A stretch of 64,000 bases of DNA from Euglena gracilis (GCA_039621445.1 CP154954.1:28985837-29049836); one strand, 5' to 3'; positions 1 through 12,160 are shown, numbered from the stretch's first letter. The notes: generated by a model not told the origin, from the letters alone. Translations and numbers: made by a program.

Positions 1-2231
1 GCAATTGGATTTCTCCAATGCCTTCAATTGCATGGTCAGGTCACACCTTTTGTTGGAGGCAACTACCAGGACACCCTGCCTCTTCAATTATCTCAACTTC
101 GCATACAAGAACCCCGCCCCCGTTTTCTGCGCTGGCAAAGTCCTCTGGTCCCGCTGCGGCACACACCAGGGATGCCCACTGGGCCCCGTCGGCTTCTGCA
201 TCGGCCTGCAACCCCTAGCCGAAACCATCACAAACAACGCAGAATTACTGTGGAGTTCCTGGTACCTGGATGATGGTATCATGGTGGGACAGCCTGACAA
301 ACTGCAGAAAGTCATCTCCTTCCTCCAGGGTGAGGCCACACGCTGCGAGTTACAATTGAACCTCCGGAAGTGTGTGGTCTGGGGGCCAGCCGGCAATTCA
401 ATCACTTCTGCACCAGAAATGACCCTGATTCCCTGGGAAAAAGATACAGGGATCACGGTATTGGGGGTACCCGTGGACTTCCCCACAAGCCACCACAAGA
501 CAGCAGAAGCATGGGACTGCGCCACAGAAAAAATCGAACACGCGGCAGACATTGTTACCAGAATGACGGATGCCCAAATCTCTCATCACCTCCTACGCTC
601 ATGTCTTGACGGATGCAAAGTCAACCACCTGCTTCGCGGCTCCAACAGCTACCTCTGCCAGGAGGCAGTCAATCGGTCCTCCGAAGTCATCTTACAAGCC
701 TTTGAGGACGTGGTGGGAGTCGCACTGAACACGACACAGAGATTGCAAGCAGCACTTCCACTCTCTAAAGGAGGATGCGGGCTGCGCGTCCCCTCACACA
801 ACCAAGCAGCGGCCCGCACAGCAGCGCTTTGTGGTTTCTACACCGAAGGGCATCGGAAAATTGGTCTGCCCCAGTATGCAGGAAGTCCTGTGGCAGATCT
901 CATTGAGCCACCACTGAGAGAACTGTGTGCTGCCCTACCCAACCACCCGACAGCCCCGAGACTGCTTGGAAACCTGGCAACAACTCAGACCGCAGGAAAA
1001 GATGAGCAGTCCCAAAAATGGTAGTCCAAAGAAATAGGCAAAAACACAATGGACAACCTGATTAATCAATGCAGGCCACGGGACCAAGCCCGCCTTCTGG
1101 AACAGTCCTCAGGAATTGGCCATGGTTGGATGGCCTCTCCCCCCTCACCGGCTCTACACACAGTCTTCTCAAGTGATGAGTACTGTCTTGGGCTCAAATG
1201 GTGGCTTGGGCTGCCCATCATTGACGATGAAACACAGAAATGCCAAGGCTGCTCAGCACCACTGGACATGGAAGGGGACCACCTCATCTGCTGCCCTCGA
1301 AACAACTTCACCGCCAGACACACGGCCGTTCAGGATGCAATTTTTACTCTTTTGTCCTCCACAGGCCAAGGTGTCCAAAAGGAAGTCACGATCCCCAATG
1401 CTCTAGATGCCAACCTGCGCCCCGCTGATCTCCTACTATCGTGTTGGCAGGATGGCAAACCCACAGCCCTGGACCTCACAATCTGGCATGGTTGGCAAGT
1501 CCAAGAACAAAACACCTCACGGGAACGATGGAGGTCCTTTTTACGGCGCAAAGAAACGGCCAAGCACTCCAAATATGACGTCACCTGTCAAAACGCCGGT
1601 TGGTCCTTCACAACCTTGGCAATGGGCACGTGGGGAGGCCTGGGCCCAGAGGCCGCCCGCCTGCTTGGCCGCATCATTAAAAGAGCCACTGCATGGCAAG
1701 AAGGTGAAATCAGGGACTTGAAACAGTCGGAATGCTATCAAGCCATTGCAGTCGCACTGACTCGCCAAATCTGGCAACTACTCAGCGTAAAGCATGCTGT
1801 TCGTTAAAAAGGATACCCAGAAGCCACCAAAAGCTGCGCAAACAGGAGGCAACCAGGAAAACCCCAAGCACCCAAGCACACCAAACACCAAAATCACAAG
1901 GAAGAGGCTCCTACGGCACCATAAGACCAAAAAGACAAATCGCACCAACAACCAGGGCAATACGACACAAACACGCCCCGCCAGGCAGGCACCTACCAAA
2001 CCCCCCCCCCCCCCGCACTATATATCCAAAGTGGGCTTTGCCCACTTTCGGCTAACCACTAACCACCAACAGGTTCCGTACGTTGTCATGTACACTACCA
2101 GCAGTATGCACACCCGCGACCTGTGGCGGCACAGGAAGTCACAAGGGGGTTCCTCTTGTGGCGAGGGCCAAAAGAAACGCTACCCTGGGCCCGGGGCACG
2201 GTCTGGGTGAAGCTGTGCTACCCGCCGTGAA
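1..2231 (+). mobile_element. CRE/SLACS-like (RLE-bearing) non-LTR retrotransposon, copy 1, 3' part (5' part outside window)
   Basis: RT motifs (DFSNAFN, GTHQGCPLGP, WYLDDG), CxxC..GDH..CC finger, RLE motifs (RHTAVQD, RPADL, ALDLTI, KHSKY). Near-identical to the reverse complement of 9741-11969. Similarity ends at ...GCCGTGAA 2231. Confidence 0.92.
5..1807 (+). pseudogene. RT-zinc finger-RLE endonuclease ORF with a premature stop
   Basis: ORFs 5-1024 and 1049-1807 are one frame broken by TAG at 1022-1024, where copy 2 has TGG (QKW*SKE vs QKWWSKE). Confidence 0.9.
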
Positions 2232-2276
2232 TGTTACCTGTGTCCCGGCGTCTTATGTTTATCCTTTTTCAGCACA

Positions 2277-2680
2277 ATGCCTGGTGGAAGACCGACAGAT
2301 GGTGTTTGGCATTACTTCGTGAACCATCAATTGTGCGATGGGCGCACTCGTGCTACTTGTAGAGATGGTCCCCCTCTTCCAGCGGATGTGGAGCCAAGCA
2401 CAACAGTGCAGGGGATTGCTACGTGCTGGGTTTACAGAAGAAGTATCACCTGATTGTGTCATCTGACGTTATGGGAAACACATTGACTGCATCAATGTTC
2501 AGCCTGCTGCAGGTGGCGTTAAAGAAAGTGCAGGAGAAATTGGTGAAAACTATGTGTTGGATTTGTATTGTCAAGCTCCCCATGACAAAGGTTTGCCAAA
2601 CAATTCTGCCAGTGAATGTTCATTTTCTTTTCTACAGTTGTCTGAAGGACAAGATGAGTCATGGATTGATGCGATGACAA
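2277..2680 (+). pseudogene. Possible internally deleted hAT-type transposase remnant (BED finger start)
   Basis: ATG 2277 reads MPGGRPTDGVWHYFVNHQLCDGRTRATCR, resembling the VWxYF...AxC start of a BED zinc finger. It then degenerates, with no catalytic core visible. Confidence 0.3.
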
Positions 2681-2810
2681 GAGAATCAAGATGAGATGGA
2701 AGGATTGATAATCTGGACCTGAGCATGTCCCTGCTAAACTGCTCCAATTGGTTATCGTTGCGGAGACAACTTGTGTATTTTTTGCTTCTTGTTGCTTGAA
2801 TACTTCTTGT

Positions 2811-3105
2811 CTCCCCCCCGCCCCCCGGGGGGGGGGGGGTGGGTGACTGGTTTTTTAAAAGTGACTGACTGGTTTTTGGCCCGGACCCCTCCCCCCGGGG
2901 GGGGGTCGCCCAGGAGTGGGCAAAAGTGGCTTGAGTGACCCCGGCGGAAAATGGCCTAAAGTGACTGGAAAGTGGCCGTTTTTCTGAGTGGCCGACCCCC
3001 TCCCCGGGGGGGGGGGGGTAGTGACTGGCTGGTTTTTTGAAAATGAGTGACTGACTGGTTTTTAAAAAAGTGGAGTGACCCCCCCCTCCCCCCCCCGGGG
3101 GTCGG
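2811..3105. repeat. Dispersed repeat family with (AAAAACCAGTCAGTCAC) core motifs
   Basis: GTGACTGACTGGTTTTT motifs here. The reverse complement recurs at ~38280-38420, ~46320-46410 and ~46510-46560. Confidence 0.7.
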
Positions 3106-3344
3106 TAAGCAATTGTATGACCGGAACCGGGAATTTTGCTTTTGGTCCATACACTTCATGCAGAAATTTTTGCCCTTCTCGTTCTTGCTCCTTCTCCTTT
3201 ATCGATGACTGACCTTCGGCAAGTTGATTGACTGTCATTTAAGACGTATGCCGGCGGTTTTATAATGCGCACGGGCTCGGTTGTTTTAAACTGATTTAAA
3301 CTCGTGTTTTAAACGACCGGTTTTTAACACGACCAACCCTGGTG

Positions 3345-4628
3345 GGGGACAAGGCAGTACAGTTGGCCAAACCTTGGGACCCCCCCCCCCCTGTACAGTT
3401 CCAACCCCCTGCCTCCTGGGACCCCCCCACCCCCCCCCACTTCCAACCCCCCCCCCGAGACAGATGAAAAAAAATTACAAAAGGCTTTTTTTGAAACAAA
3501 AAAACAATTTTTTTTAAGGGGGTGGTGCGGGTCGGGGGGGGGGGTCATGGGGGGCGCGGGGTGGGGGGGGTCATGGGGGAAGTGTGCCACTTTGCAGGTA
3601 GTCGGGAGGCGACATCCATGCCGTTGCATCGTGATAAAATTGGTCATTCTTTGAAAGGGAATTTTGTTAGGATTTTCTTGACCAACACGTTTTTGGGATG
3701 AAGTTTGGGCCATTTTTGACAAAATTCCGTTTTGGGTGTGGAAATGCACCAGTTTTTGGCACTTCTTTTAGGGGACAAGATTCTTGGGAGGTTAGGTAGG
3801 GGTGGGGGGGGCTGTGGACCCCCCCGGTGAAGTTTACCGGTGAACATTCACCGGGGGGGGGAGGGGGGGGTACATTCGGCGGTGAAGTTCACCGGTGAAG
3901 TTCACCGGTGAACTTCACCGTTTTGATGGTTGGGGGTGAAATTTTCATGGGTAAAATTTTGCTCCTTTCCTCTCAAAATGGTCATTTTGAGGTTGATGCT
4001 TCATGGAATTTTATCGAAATTTCCGAAAACTTGCCCAAAATGCCATTTTTGGCCATTTTTGGCAAAAAAAAGTACTCTCTTGGTGAACTTCACCGGTGAA
4101 GTTCACCGATGGGTTAGGCAGAGGGGGGGGGGAGGGGGTCCGGGACCCCCCGGTGAACTTTCAAACGGTGAACTTCACCATAGGGGGGGGGAGTCAAAAT
4201 GACCAAAGTCTACTGCCTGATCTCCTTGGCCATTTTTGGGTGTGAAGGTGCATTGGGTGGACAAGGGTACATAAAAGTTCGTTTTTTTAAAAAAATGCTT
4301 TTAAAAAAAGAATGGCGAAGGATCGATTCTCGGGTCACAGGGGGGGGTCACGGGGGTGTAACGGGGGGGGGGTCACGGGGGTAGCACCCCCCAAGAAAAA
4401 ATATGTTTTTTTAAAAAAAACCTCATGGAGGGTTTGGGGGAAAATTTTTTTGAAATGTTTTTTTATAGAAAAAAACGTATTTTTTAAACTCTGCAGCTTC
4501 GAAGGTTTTTTTCACACGTGCCATGAAAAGCATTTTCAAATGAAGGGTCTGGAAAAACCAAAAAAAAAACGTCACTTTTTTATGACCCAAAAAAATGACC
4601 TTAGAACCTTTTCCTCAAAAATGGCCAT
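3345..4628 (+). repeat. Dispersed composite repeat A (continues at 7690-~7870 after a nested insertion)
   Basis: Starts GGGGACAAGGCAGTACAGTTGG. A homologous copy lies at 4826-~5790. Sequence after 7697 continues the alignment with 5630 onward. Confidence 0.7.
3826..4180. repeat. Array of palindromic GGTGAA(G/C)TTCACC motifs
   Basis: Repeated GGTGAAGTTCACC/GGTGAACTTCACC at 3826-3920, 4082-4108 and 4151-4179. Confidence 0.75.
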
Positions 4629-7380
4629 TAAGGTTGCTCCGATTAGTCGATTAATCGATTAATCGATCGACACCCCCTGATTAATCATTCAAATCGTCAG
4701 GGGGGTCAATTAATCGAAAATAATCGCCTCCATTATAAATCACCCATAGCACAATGGAAAAAGTCCGCATGCTTGACTTCAAGACGTTGACAATGGCATA
4801 CAACAAACACAGAAGATGGATCATTGGGGACAAGGCAGTACAGTTGGTCAAACCTTGGGACCCCCCCCCTCCCCCCCCCTGTACAGTTCCAACCCCCCCT
4901 CCCGGGACCCCCCCCCTCCCCCCCCGAGACAGATGAAAATTTTTTTTAAAAAAACGGCTTGTTTTTTTTGGAAACAAAAAAACAAGCCTTTTTTTAAGAG
5001 GGTGGTGCGGGTCGCGTGGGGGTCATGGGGGGGGGTCACGGGGCGGGGGCCAAAAATATTTTCCCCTGAAAGAAGTGCCAAAAACTGGTGCATTTCCCCA
5101 CCCAAAACGGAATTTTGTCAAAAATGGCCCAAACCTCATCCCAAAAACGTGTTGGTCAAGAAAAACCTAAAAAAATTCCCTTTTCAAAAAATGACCAATT
5201 TTATCGCGATGCCACGTCATGGATGTTGCCTCCCGGCTACCTGCAAAGTGTCATACTTCCCCCGTGACCCCCCATTTTTGGGTGTGAAGGCGCATTGGGC
5301 GGAGAAGGATACATGAAAGTTCATTGTTTTTTTAAAAAAAAATGCTGAAAAAAAAAGAATGGCGAAGGATCGATTCTCAGGTCACGAGGGGGTCACGGGG
5401 GTGTAACTGGGGGGGGGGGGGCACGGGGGTAGTACACCCTAAGAAAAAATATGTTTTTTAAAAAAAAACAAAAAAAACCTCATGGGGGTTTGGGGGAATT
5501 TTTTTTAAACTTTTTTTTACTTTTTTTCATCTCTGCAGCTTCGTAGTCCATTAAAGGTGCCGGAAAAACTAAAAATACGTCACTTTTGATGACCAAAAAA
5601 ATGACCTTAAAACCTTTTCCTCAAAAAATGGGCATTTCGCAAGGAAAAAGGTCAAATCTTGCTTTTTTAAAAAAGAAAACATGTTTTTGTGTGTTTTTTT
5701 ATGGAAAAAAACATATTTTTTTGTTCTTTGTTGAAAAACAAAAAAACGTCAACCCTGGCTCAATTCCGCATGGTGTGCCAAGGGGGAGTGATTGGGGGTG
5801 GGCCGGGTCACGGGGGGGGGTCACGGGGGGGGGTCACGGGGGGGATATGGCCTCCTCTTCAATGTTTCCGGCTTCCGCGACATTTGAAAAAAAATACTGA
5901 AAGCAGTTGTGATTGAAGCACGTGCGTTTGCGGACCGCAAAATCAGGGGGTGTTCAAATCCGGGTCACGGGGGGGGTCACGGGGGGGGGGGGGTCACGGG
6001 GACGACACCCCCATTGAAGCTGCTTCCTGCGTTTCTACAATCCCTCTGCGCAAATTGTCCCCCCCCCGAAAAATCCCCCCCCCTGAAATTTGGGGATTTT
6101 CCTGGTTTTGCAAAAGGCTCCGAAACGGGCGAAAACTTCCCCCCCCCCCCTTCAGCCCCAGAGGAACAGCTAAGGCAGGTGGGTTGGGACTTTTTTTTTG
6201 TACATGGAAGGGCAGCACAGCTTCACCACTTGCATGGCCCCTGGGTCGAGGACTTGGCACCTTTTGGGTTTTTTGTCCATTGAACCATCCCCGGCATGTA
6301 TCTATCAATAAGACCCACCGCCCTGAACAGAGGTGTTCGGGAATATACCATAACAACCCCACAACATACGGCAAATGAATTCCGAATGCCGGTCGGCTTC
6401 ATGGCTTCAAATAATAGAAGGGACGGGACAAAGTGCCCGAAACGGCCGAAAATTCCCCCCCCCCTGGTCAAGAGCCCAAAAAACCCTCCCTAGGGGGGGG
6501 GGGGAATTTACGCCGAGGGACTGTACTACCAACCCCTCCCCCCCTATTTGGCCGCCCTCCGGGCGGCCCGGACCCCTCTTCTGGCCAATTGGGGGGGGAC
6601 AATTAGGGGGGGGGGGTTACCCCTAACCCCCCCCCCCAATTGGCCATCTGTACCCGTCCTTCATAATCGCGAACCCCCGAAAAACACCCGAATAAAGGCA
6701 TTTTCTCTTGAAATGAGAACCCCCCCCCTAATTGGCCTCCTGGGCTCTGGCCAATTAGGGGGGGGGGGACAAATAAGGGGGGGGGGTCACGTTAAGTGTT
6801 TAAAGTGGAAATACTGGCTACCACTCTTTTTACAAGACACAAATATTTTGCAAAATGCATCTGAATTTCGCAAAATCCATCATTGCCAACCTCAATTGGA
6901 CGAAAAATGTCGCAACTGTCTCGGGGGTAGGCAGTACAGTTGTGATTTTCTGGGGACCCCCCCCCCTCCCCCCCCCCCCGGTACAGCTTCCAACCCCCCC
7001 CCTCGGACCCCCCCCTCCCCCCCCTGTGCCTTGTCTCCATTTGCGAAACACTATTTCTTTCAACAGTCACTTGTCCACCTCCTCCTTCACAGGGGCAGAA
7101 AGGGTCAACAAACATGGGATACCATGTCCCCCCCTTACTATTCTCGTCCTGTGGCCCCCTTTTGGGTCCATGGGAACAGTAAGGGGGGGGGGGGTCGAGC
7201 TCCCTCCCCTTACTGTTCCCACATCAACTAACCAAGCAAGTTAGACCCCAAAAGCCACCCAAAATGCCAAAAACGGAACCTTTTTGATTCACATGCTTGA
7301 AAATTGCACCTCCCAAGCATCCACTTTGGTGTTGGAGTTTGATAGGAATGAGAGCAGCTGAAACCAACCCCCCCAAAATC

Positions 7381-7432
<52 letters not shown>

Positions 7433-7689
7433 AAGAATCCTTCACAAAACGTGCCTTGACATTGTGGGGGTGTATGGGTTGCGGGTGGGGGGGGGGGTTG
7501 TGGTGGGAATGTGGCAGTTTTGACAGGTCACATGTGACCAGCATGACCTAAATACAATGTCATGTGTGACCATTTTTAGAACTTTTGGGTCCAAAAATAG
7601 AGTTTATCACACATTTTTGGTATTTTGACTGAGGAGAGCATTAATCAATTAATCAATCAGCCTCAAGATTGATTAATTAGGCAACCTTA
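4629..7689. mobile_element. Non-autonomous hAT-like TIR element (3.06 kb, contains nested repeats)
   Basis: TIR TAAGGTTGC...GCAACCTTA. Perfect 8-bp TSD ATGGCCAT at 4621-4628 and 7690-7697. Subterminal (T)TAATCGA/TTAATCAA repeats at both ends. Confidence 0.8.
7385..7430. repeat. (CT)n microsatellite
   Basis: Direct reading. Confidence 0.97.
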
Positions 7690-8933
7690 ATGGCCATTTT
7701 GCAAGGGAAAAGGTCAATTTTTGCTTTTTCAGAAAGAAAACATGTTTTTTTGTGTTTTTTTTAAAAAAAATTGTTTTTTTAATAAAAAAAAAAACAAAAA
7801 AATGTCAACCTTGGCTCAATTCCGCATGGTGTGCCAAGGGGGAGTGATTGAAGCTGCTTCCTGCCTTTCTGCTAAGAGTTTAAAGTGGGGGGTCGGCACG
7901 CCGCGGCGAGGTTTCCGGCTAGGGGGGGGGGAGGGGGGTTTTTGGCGTGGCGAGGGGGTCCTGGCTGGGGGGGGGGAGGGGTGCGCGGGGGTTTGCCAAG
8001 AAAATTTCCTTTGGCGGGCCTGACATGGCGTGGCGAGGGGGTCTGAAAAGGGGGGGGGAGGGGGGGGTAAAATGGCGTGGCGAGGGGGTCGGTGAGGGGG
8101 GGGGGAGGGGTGTGCCGACCCCCCAGTGAAAACACTGGCTACCATTCTTTTTACAACAGACAGTTGCGACATTTTTCGTCCAATTGAGGTTGGCAATGAT
8201 GGATTTTGCGAAATTCAGATGCATTTTGCGAAATATTTGTCTCATGCTCGATGGCGGTCACCCCCAAAGGAGCCCCACACGCCGAGGATCAGCAGGGAGA
8301 ATCGGGCCCCTCGTGCCACGCACCGTGCCTCATATTTGGTGACCTTCCGATCGGCCCGGCTCCGAAGGAGGTCCCAGGACGGTAGATTCACGGAGACAAG
8401 GCATGGGGGGGGAGGGGGGGGTCTGAGGGGGGGGGTTGGAAGCTGTACAGGGGGGGGGTCCCTAGAAAAATGGGATGAACTGTCGTCGCCTGGGGGCTAC
8501 GGCCTCTCGTGGCGCACGTAGTTCCGATCCTTGCATAACTGCAACAAGGTCTCTCCCTTGCTCTTTTCTCAGGGATCGCCTCTCAGCTCAGCTCCCTCCT
8601 GATTACCAAGGAGCGCAGCCATTAAGCCCGTTTATATGACTTCCTCACAAAACTCTCCCCATAGACCTACCAGGGTAAATCCGTTCCCCTCCCCCCTCCC
8701 TCCCTCCTCTCCCTCCCTCCCTTCCGTTCCTACCCACCGCCTCCCCTACGGGTTCCATCGCCGAGTGCCTGTATAGCGCCCCCCCCCCCTCCCGACACAG
8801 CATGGTTCACACCCATCGTCCTTGACCGCCCACCTTACCTCCCCCCCCCCTTGTCTGTCCTCTCCGCCCTTCTTTTGCACCTACCGTGTCGCACACTCTG
8901 CCGTGTTGTACATAGCCTTACTCCCCCGAACAA

Positions 8934-9116
8934 GTCAAATCCAGTAGGCTGTGCTACTGGTCGGTGGATTCGGCTCGCCCCACCACCGGAGTTCTGCACG
9001 AAAATAGTTCACAATCATGCAGGTGAATAGATTTTTTTTTTACAGTTTCAGTTTGTAGGAACGGTGGTGGGGCGAGCCGAATCCACCGACCAGTGGCACA
9101 GCCTACTGGATTTGAC
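8934..9116. repeat. 55-bp inverted repeat (hairpin/MITE-like)
   Basis: 8934-8988 is the reverse complement of 9062-9116 with one mismatch (G-U compatible). Confidence 0.9.
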
Positions 9117-10162
9117 AGGTTCCGGGGTGAGGTGATGTACAGGTGGGCTGTGCCCATGGTTCAGGGGTAAGGTGGTCAGGTGAACCCGGAATCGGCCATG
9201 TAGGGGCCAGGGTCCGAGGGGTGAGGTGGCAGGGAGCAGGCGGGGTGGGGTGGCATTGATGGGGGCAGGCTGTTCCCCGGTGTGCTAAATGCAGGTTTCG
9301 GGTTCGTCCGACCTTTCGGCGTTCTCTCAGGTGTGTTTACCATGTTGTCTCTACGGGACAGAGCCAATAATACCGCCCTTGGTGGCCGGTGTATGCTGCC
9401 TTGGCTTGGCATCAGCGGCCACAGGTGTTTACATGGTGTTCGCCCTGACCCTATTTTACTCCGTGGCATATGGGGTGTGGGTAGTGAGATCCACGTCGCC
9501 TGATGGCTCCGCCACTGCCCCCCAAGCCAGCTGGCGAGCCAATTCTCTTGCCAACGTTAGACTCAGCGCTTGCCATACCGTGGCCTCTGACGATCGTCGT
9601 TGAGGAACATCGGTCTGCACACAGTGCGGAGGCACTTGGATATGAATCCTGCCGCTCGCTCCACCATCCCTCCGAAGCAATCAACCACAAACGGGATGAA
9701 CGTCCATCCCAACCAGCATGCAGGTGAGGGTTGCGCAGACTTCACGGCGGGCAGCACAGCTTCACCCAGACCGTGCCCCGGGCCCAGGGTAGCGTTTCTT
9801 TTGGCCCTCGCCACAAGAGGAACCCCCTTGTGACTTCCTGTGCCGCCACAGGTCGCGGGTGTGCATACTGCTGGTAGTGTACATGACAACGTACGGAACC
9901 TGTTGGTGGTTAGTGGTTAGCCGAAAGTGGGCAAAGCCCACTTTGGATATATAGTGCGGGGGGGGGGGGTTTGGTAGGTGCCTGCCTGGCGGGGCGTGTT
10001 TGTGTCGTATTGCCCTGGTTGTTGGTGCGATTTGTCTTTTTGGTCTTATGGTGCCGTAGGAGCCTCTTCCTTGTGATTTTGGTGTTTGGTGTGCTTGGGT
10101 GCTTGGGGTTTTCCTGGTTGCCTCCTGTTTGCGCAGCTTTTGGTGGCTTCTGGGTATCCTTT

Positions 10163-12160
10163 TTAACGAACAGCATGCTTTACTCTGAGTAGTTGCCAGA
10201 TTTGGCGAGTCAGTGCGACTGCAATGGCTTGATAGCATTCCGACTGTTTCAAGTCCCTGATTTCACCTTCTTGCCATGCAGTGGCTCTTTTAATGATGCG
10301 GCCAAGCAGGCGGGCGGCCTCTGGGCCCAGGCCTCCCCACGTGCCCATTGCCAAGGTTGTGAAGGACCAACCGGCGTTTTGACAGGTGACGTCATATTTG
10401 GAGTGCTTGGCCGTTTCTTTGCGCCGTAAAAAGGACCTCCATCGTTCCCGTGAGGTGTTCTGTTCTTGGACTTGCCAACCATGCCAGATTGTGATGTCCA
10501 GGGCTGTGGGTTTGCCATCCTGCCAACACGATAGTAGGAGATCAGCGGGGCGCAGGTTGGCATCTGGAGCATTGGGGATCGTGACTTCCTTTTGGACACC
10601 TTGGCCTGTGGAGGACAAAAGAGTAAAAATTGCATCCTGAACGGCCGTGTGTCTGGCGGTGAAGTTGTTTCGGGGGCAGCAGATGAGGTGGTCCCCTTCC
10701 CTGTCCAGTGGTGCTGAGCAGCCTTGGCATTTCTGTGTTTCATCATCAATGATGGGCAGCCCAAGCCACCATTTGAGCCCAAGACAGTACTCATCACTTG
10801 AGAAGACTGTGTGTAGAGCCGGTGAGGGGGGAGAGGCCATCCAACCATGGCCAATTCCTGAGGACTGTTCCAGAAGGCGGGCTTGGTCCCGTGGCCTGCA
10901 TTGATTAATCAGGTTGTCCATTGTGGTTTTGCCTATTTCTTTGGACCACCATTTTTGGGACTGCTCATCTTTTCCTGCGGTCTGAGTTGTTGCCAGGTTT
11001 CCAAGCAGTCTCGGGGCTGTCGGGTGGTTGGGTAGGGCAGCACACAGTTCTCTCAGTGGTGGCTCAATGAGATCTGCCACAGGACTTCCTGCATACTGGG
11101 GCAGACCAATTTTCCGATGCCCTTCAGTGTAGAAACCACAAAGCGCTGCTGTGCGGGCCGCTGCTTGGTTGTGTGAGGGGACGCGCAGCCCGCATCCTCT
11201 TTTAGAGAGTGGAAGTGCTGCTTGCAATCTCTGTGTCGTGTTCAGTGCGACTCCCACCACGTCCTCAAAGGCTTGTAAGATGACTTCGGAGGACCGATTG
11301 ACTGCCTCCTGGCAGAGGTAGCTGTTGGAGCCGCGAAGCAGGTGGTTGACTTTGCATCCGTCAAGACATGAGCGTAGGAGGTGATGAGAGATTTGGGCAT
11401 CCGTCATTCTGGTAACAATGTCTGCCGCGTGTTCGATTTTTTCTGTGGCGCAGTCCCATGCTTCTGCTGTCTTGTGGTGGCTTGTGGGGAAGTCCACGGG
11501 TACCCCCAATACCGTGATCCCTGTATCTTTTTCCCAGGGAATCAGGGTCATTTCTGGTGCAGAAGTGATTGAATTGCCGGCTGGCCCCCAGACCACACAC
11601 TTCCGGAGGTTCAATTGTAACTCGCAGCGTGTGGCCTCACCCTGGAGGAAGGAGATGACTTTCTGCAGTTTGTCAGGCTGTCCCACCATGATACCATCAT
11701 CCAGGTACCAGGAACTCCACAGTAATTCTGCGTTATTTGTGATGGTTTCGGCCAGGGGTTGCAGGCCGATGCAGAAGCCGACGGGGCCCAGTGGGCATCC
11801 CTGGTGTGTGCTGCAGCGGCCCCAGAGGACTTTGCCAGCGCAGAAAAGGGGGGCGGGGTTCTTGTATGCGAAGTTGAGATAATTGAAGAGGCAGGGTGTC
11901 CTGGTAGTTGCCTCCAACAAAAGGTGTGACCTGTCCATGCAATTGAAGGTATTGGAGAAATCCAATTGCAGGCTTGCCCAATTTCCGGATGGGTCGAGTT
12001 TGTGCACCAGGTGTTGGAAGCCAATCGCAACTGACTCTGCAGCGTTCGTGACCCCTACCCCGACTTGTGTGGGTTGGAGCTTGCTCACCTGGTCTTTAGC
12101 CGTGCCTGTCGCCAATAAGGCTTTGCCAATCAATCTCTGTATGGTTTCGCCTACTGCCAC
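10163..12160 (-). CDS. Reverse transcriptase + CCHC finger + restriction-like endonuclease (C-terminal part of the element polyprotein)
   Basis: 665-aa open frame: RPVAVGE, QVGVG, LDFSNTFN, QGCPLGP, YLDD, LPLSKRGCG, CQGC..GDHLICC, RH, RPAD, KHSKY. The same frame upstream gives SAPGPSGLRP. One frameshift (~12400-12450) and a TGA at 12734 separate it from the MTase ORF. Confidence 0.92.
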   Translation of the reverse strand: MAVGETIQRLIGKALLATGTAKDQVSKLQPTQVGVGVTNAAESVAIGFQHLVHKLDPSGNWASLQLDFSNTFNCMDRSHLLLEATTRTPCLFNYLNFAYKNPAPLFCAGKVLWGRCSTHQGCPLGPVGFCIGLQPLAETITNNAELLWSSWYLDDGIMVGQPDKLQKVISFLQGEATRCELQLNLRKCVVWGPAGNSITSAPEMTLIPWEKDTGITVLGVPVDFPTSHHKTAEAWDCATEKIEHAADIVTRMTDAQISHHLLRSCLDGCKVNHLLRGSNSYLCQEAVNRSSEVILQAFEDVVGVALNTTQRLQAALPLSKRGCGLRVPSHNQAAARTAALCGFYTEGHRKIGLPQYAGSPVADLIEPPLRELCAALPNHPTAPRLLGNLATTQTAGKDEQSQKWWSKEIGKTTMDNLINQCRPRDQARLLEQSSGIGHGWMASPPSPALHTVFSSDEYCLGLKWWLGLPIIDDETQKCQGCSAPLDREGDHLICCPRNNFTARHTAVQDAIFTLLSSTGQGVQKEVTIPNAPDANLRPADLLLSCWQDGKPTALDITIWHGWQVQEQNTSRERWRSFLRRKETAKHSKYDVTCQNAGWSFTTLAMGTWGGLGPEAARLLGRIIKRATAWQEGEIRDLKQSECYQAIAVALTRQIWQLLRVKHAVR

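Noticed and set aside
2811-8520. Numerous Pro/Gly/Lys/Phe-rich ORFs
   Set aside because: Products of C/G/A/T homopolymer runs in non-coding repeats.
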